Part shown: one piece after another, positions 18,511 to 20,000 of the stretch | How positions within the stretch are numbered: the stretch's first letter is position 1 | Layout of the letters: every line of letters starts with the position of its first letter | Notes under the pieces: generated by a model | Databases searched by the model: none | What the model was told of the DNA's origin: nothing | Seen by the model: only the letters and a program-made list of their open reading frames with translations | Source: Chiloscyllium plagiosum | Lineage: Eukaryota | Assembly (NCBI RefSeq): GCF_004010195.1 | Contig: NC_057720.1 | Span: forward strand, 10,080,765-10,100,764 | DNA: 20,000 nt | Direction of reading: 5' to 3' | Translations under genes and position numbers: made by a program

Positions 18511-20000
18511 AGGAAGAAGGCTGAAAAGCAGGACGTCCAGGCTTGTAATCTCCGGTTTGCTTCCAGTTCCTCGGGCTGGTGAGGCCAGAAACAGGGAGAT
18601 AATGGACTTGAACGTGTGGCTGGGGAACTGGTGCAGGAAGCAAGGATTTAAATTCTTAGATCACTGGGGTATATTTTGTGGTAAGCATAAATTATACAAG
18701 AGAGACGGTTTGCACCTTAATAGGTTAAGGACCAGCATTCTGGCAGACAGGTTTGCTACTGCAACATAGCTACGTTTTAACTAAGTAGCGGGGGGAGGGG
18801 ACAAACTGGATGTTTAAGAAGGAAATTGAAGGGAAAGTTAGAACAAGGGAAGTCAAGAAAGACAACTGTATCAATGAAGCAGAAAACTCAGAAACGGATC
18901 ATGCTGGAAGGTTGAGTGAAATAGGAGTTGATGGGAAGGGTGAGGGCAGTAACAAAGTAAAAATACTATTCATGAATACACAAAACATTAGAAATAAGAT
19001 GGATGAGCTTGAGGCTCTTTTGGAAACTGGCAGATACGATAGTGTGGGGATAACTGAGCCATGGCTTGAAGTGGACAGGGCTACATGTGCTATCGTAAGG
19101 ACAGATTGACGGATAGAGGGGGTGGGGTGGCCCTGTTAGTAGGGGATGATGTTCAGTCCCTTGTGCGGGGGACCTAGAATCAGGGGATGTAGAGTCAGTA
19201 TGGATAGAGCTGAGAAATTCTAAGGGTAAAAAGACCCTCATGGGAGTTATCTACAGGCCCCCAAACAGTTGTCTGGATGTAGGATGTAAGTTGAATCAGG
19301 AGCTGAAATTGGCCTGTCGCAAAGATGTTACTACAGTTGTTATGGGGGATTTCAACATGCAGGTAGACTGGGAGAATCAGGATGGTATTGGACTCCAAGA
19401 AAGGGAGTTTGTGGAGTGCCTCCAAGATGGATTCTTAGAACAGCTGGTGTTGGAGCCTAGCAGGGAGAAGGCAATTCTGGATCTGGTATTGTGCAACGAA
19501 CCAGAATTGATCAGGGACCTCGAAGTGAAGGAGCCATTGGGACATAGTGATCATAATACAATAAGTTCCAATCTGCAATTTGAGAGGGAGAGGGTACAAT
19601 CGGAAGTGACAATATTTCTGTTGAATAAAGGGAACTATGGAGCTAAGAGGGAGGAGCTGGCCAAAGTTCAATGGGGCAATACCTTAGCAAGGATGACAGT
19701 GAAGAACAATGGCAGATATTTCTGTGTATAATACAGAAGATGCAGGATCAGTTCATTCCAAAAAGGAAGAAAGATCCTAGGAGGAGGCATGGGTGGCCGT
19801 GGCTGACAAGGGAAGTTAAGAAACATATAAAGTTAAAAGAGAAAAAGTATAACATAGCAAAGATAAGTGGGAAAACGGAGGACTGGGAAGCTTTTAAAGA
19901 ACAACAGAGGATTACTAAGAAGGTAATACGCAGAGGAAAAAATGAGGTATGAAGGTAAACTGGCCAAAAATATAAAGGAGAATAGTAAAAGCTTTTTTAG
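18509..20000 (+). mobile_element. CR1 LINE: ORF1 esterase C-terminus + ORF2 endonuclease/linker, runs off the window
   Basis: LGRRLKSRTSRLVISGLLP...YKRDGLHLN (SGNH-type DGLH), then KILFMNTQNIRNK, GITEPWL, GVIYRPP, MGDFN, LDLVL and SDHN. Multiple frameshifts. Confidence 0.95.

Overview
Vertebrate genomic DNA, almost certainly a shark or other elasmobranch (HE1/V-SINEs, SacSINE1-like DeuSINEs, HER1-like CR1 LINEs). Most of the window is a nested patchwork of decayed retroelements, and no host protein-coding gene can be supported. It contains many CR1-clade LINE fragments, including two long head-to-head copies at 15637-20000. Also present: the 3' end of a probable endogenous retrovirus (env tail, PPT and 508-bp LTR, minus strand, 1178-1899); Penelope-like element (PLE) RT and GIY-YIG fragments; three short inverted PLE-terminal inserts with 10-16 bp TSDs and hammerhead ribozyme motifs (one with an intact core inside a perfect 85-bp inverted repeat); a solo LTR with a 5-bp TSD, partly re-copied with its flank into a neighbouring SINE; a 19-bp minisatellite grown from a CR1 3' end; and a 32-N gap. 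Family names come from my recall of motifs, not from database searches. I found no convincing new multi-gene system. The best leads are the ERV remnant, the ribozyme-bearing palindromic inserts and the local templated duplication.
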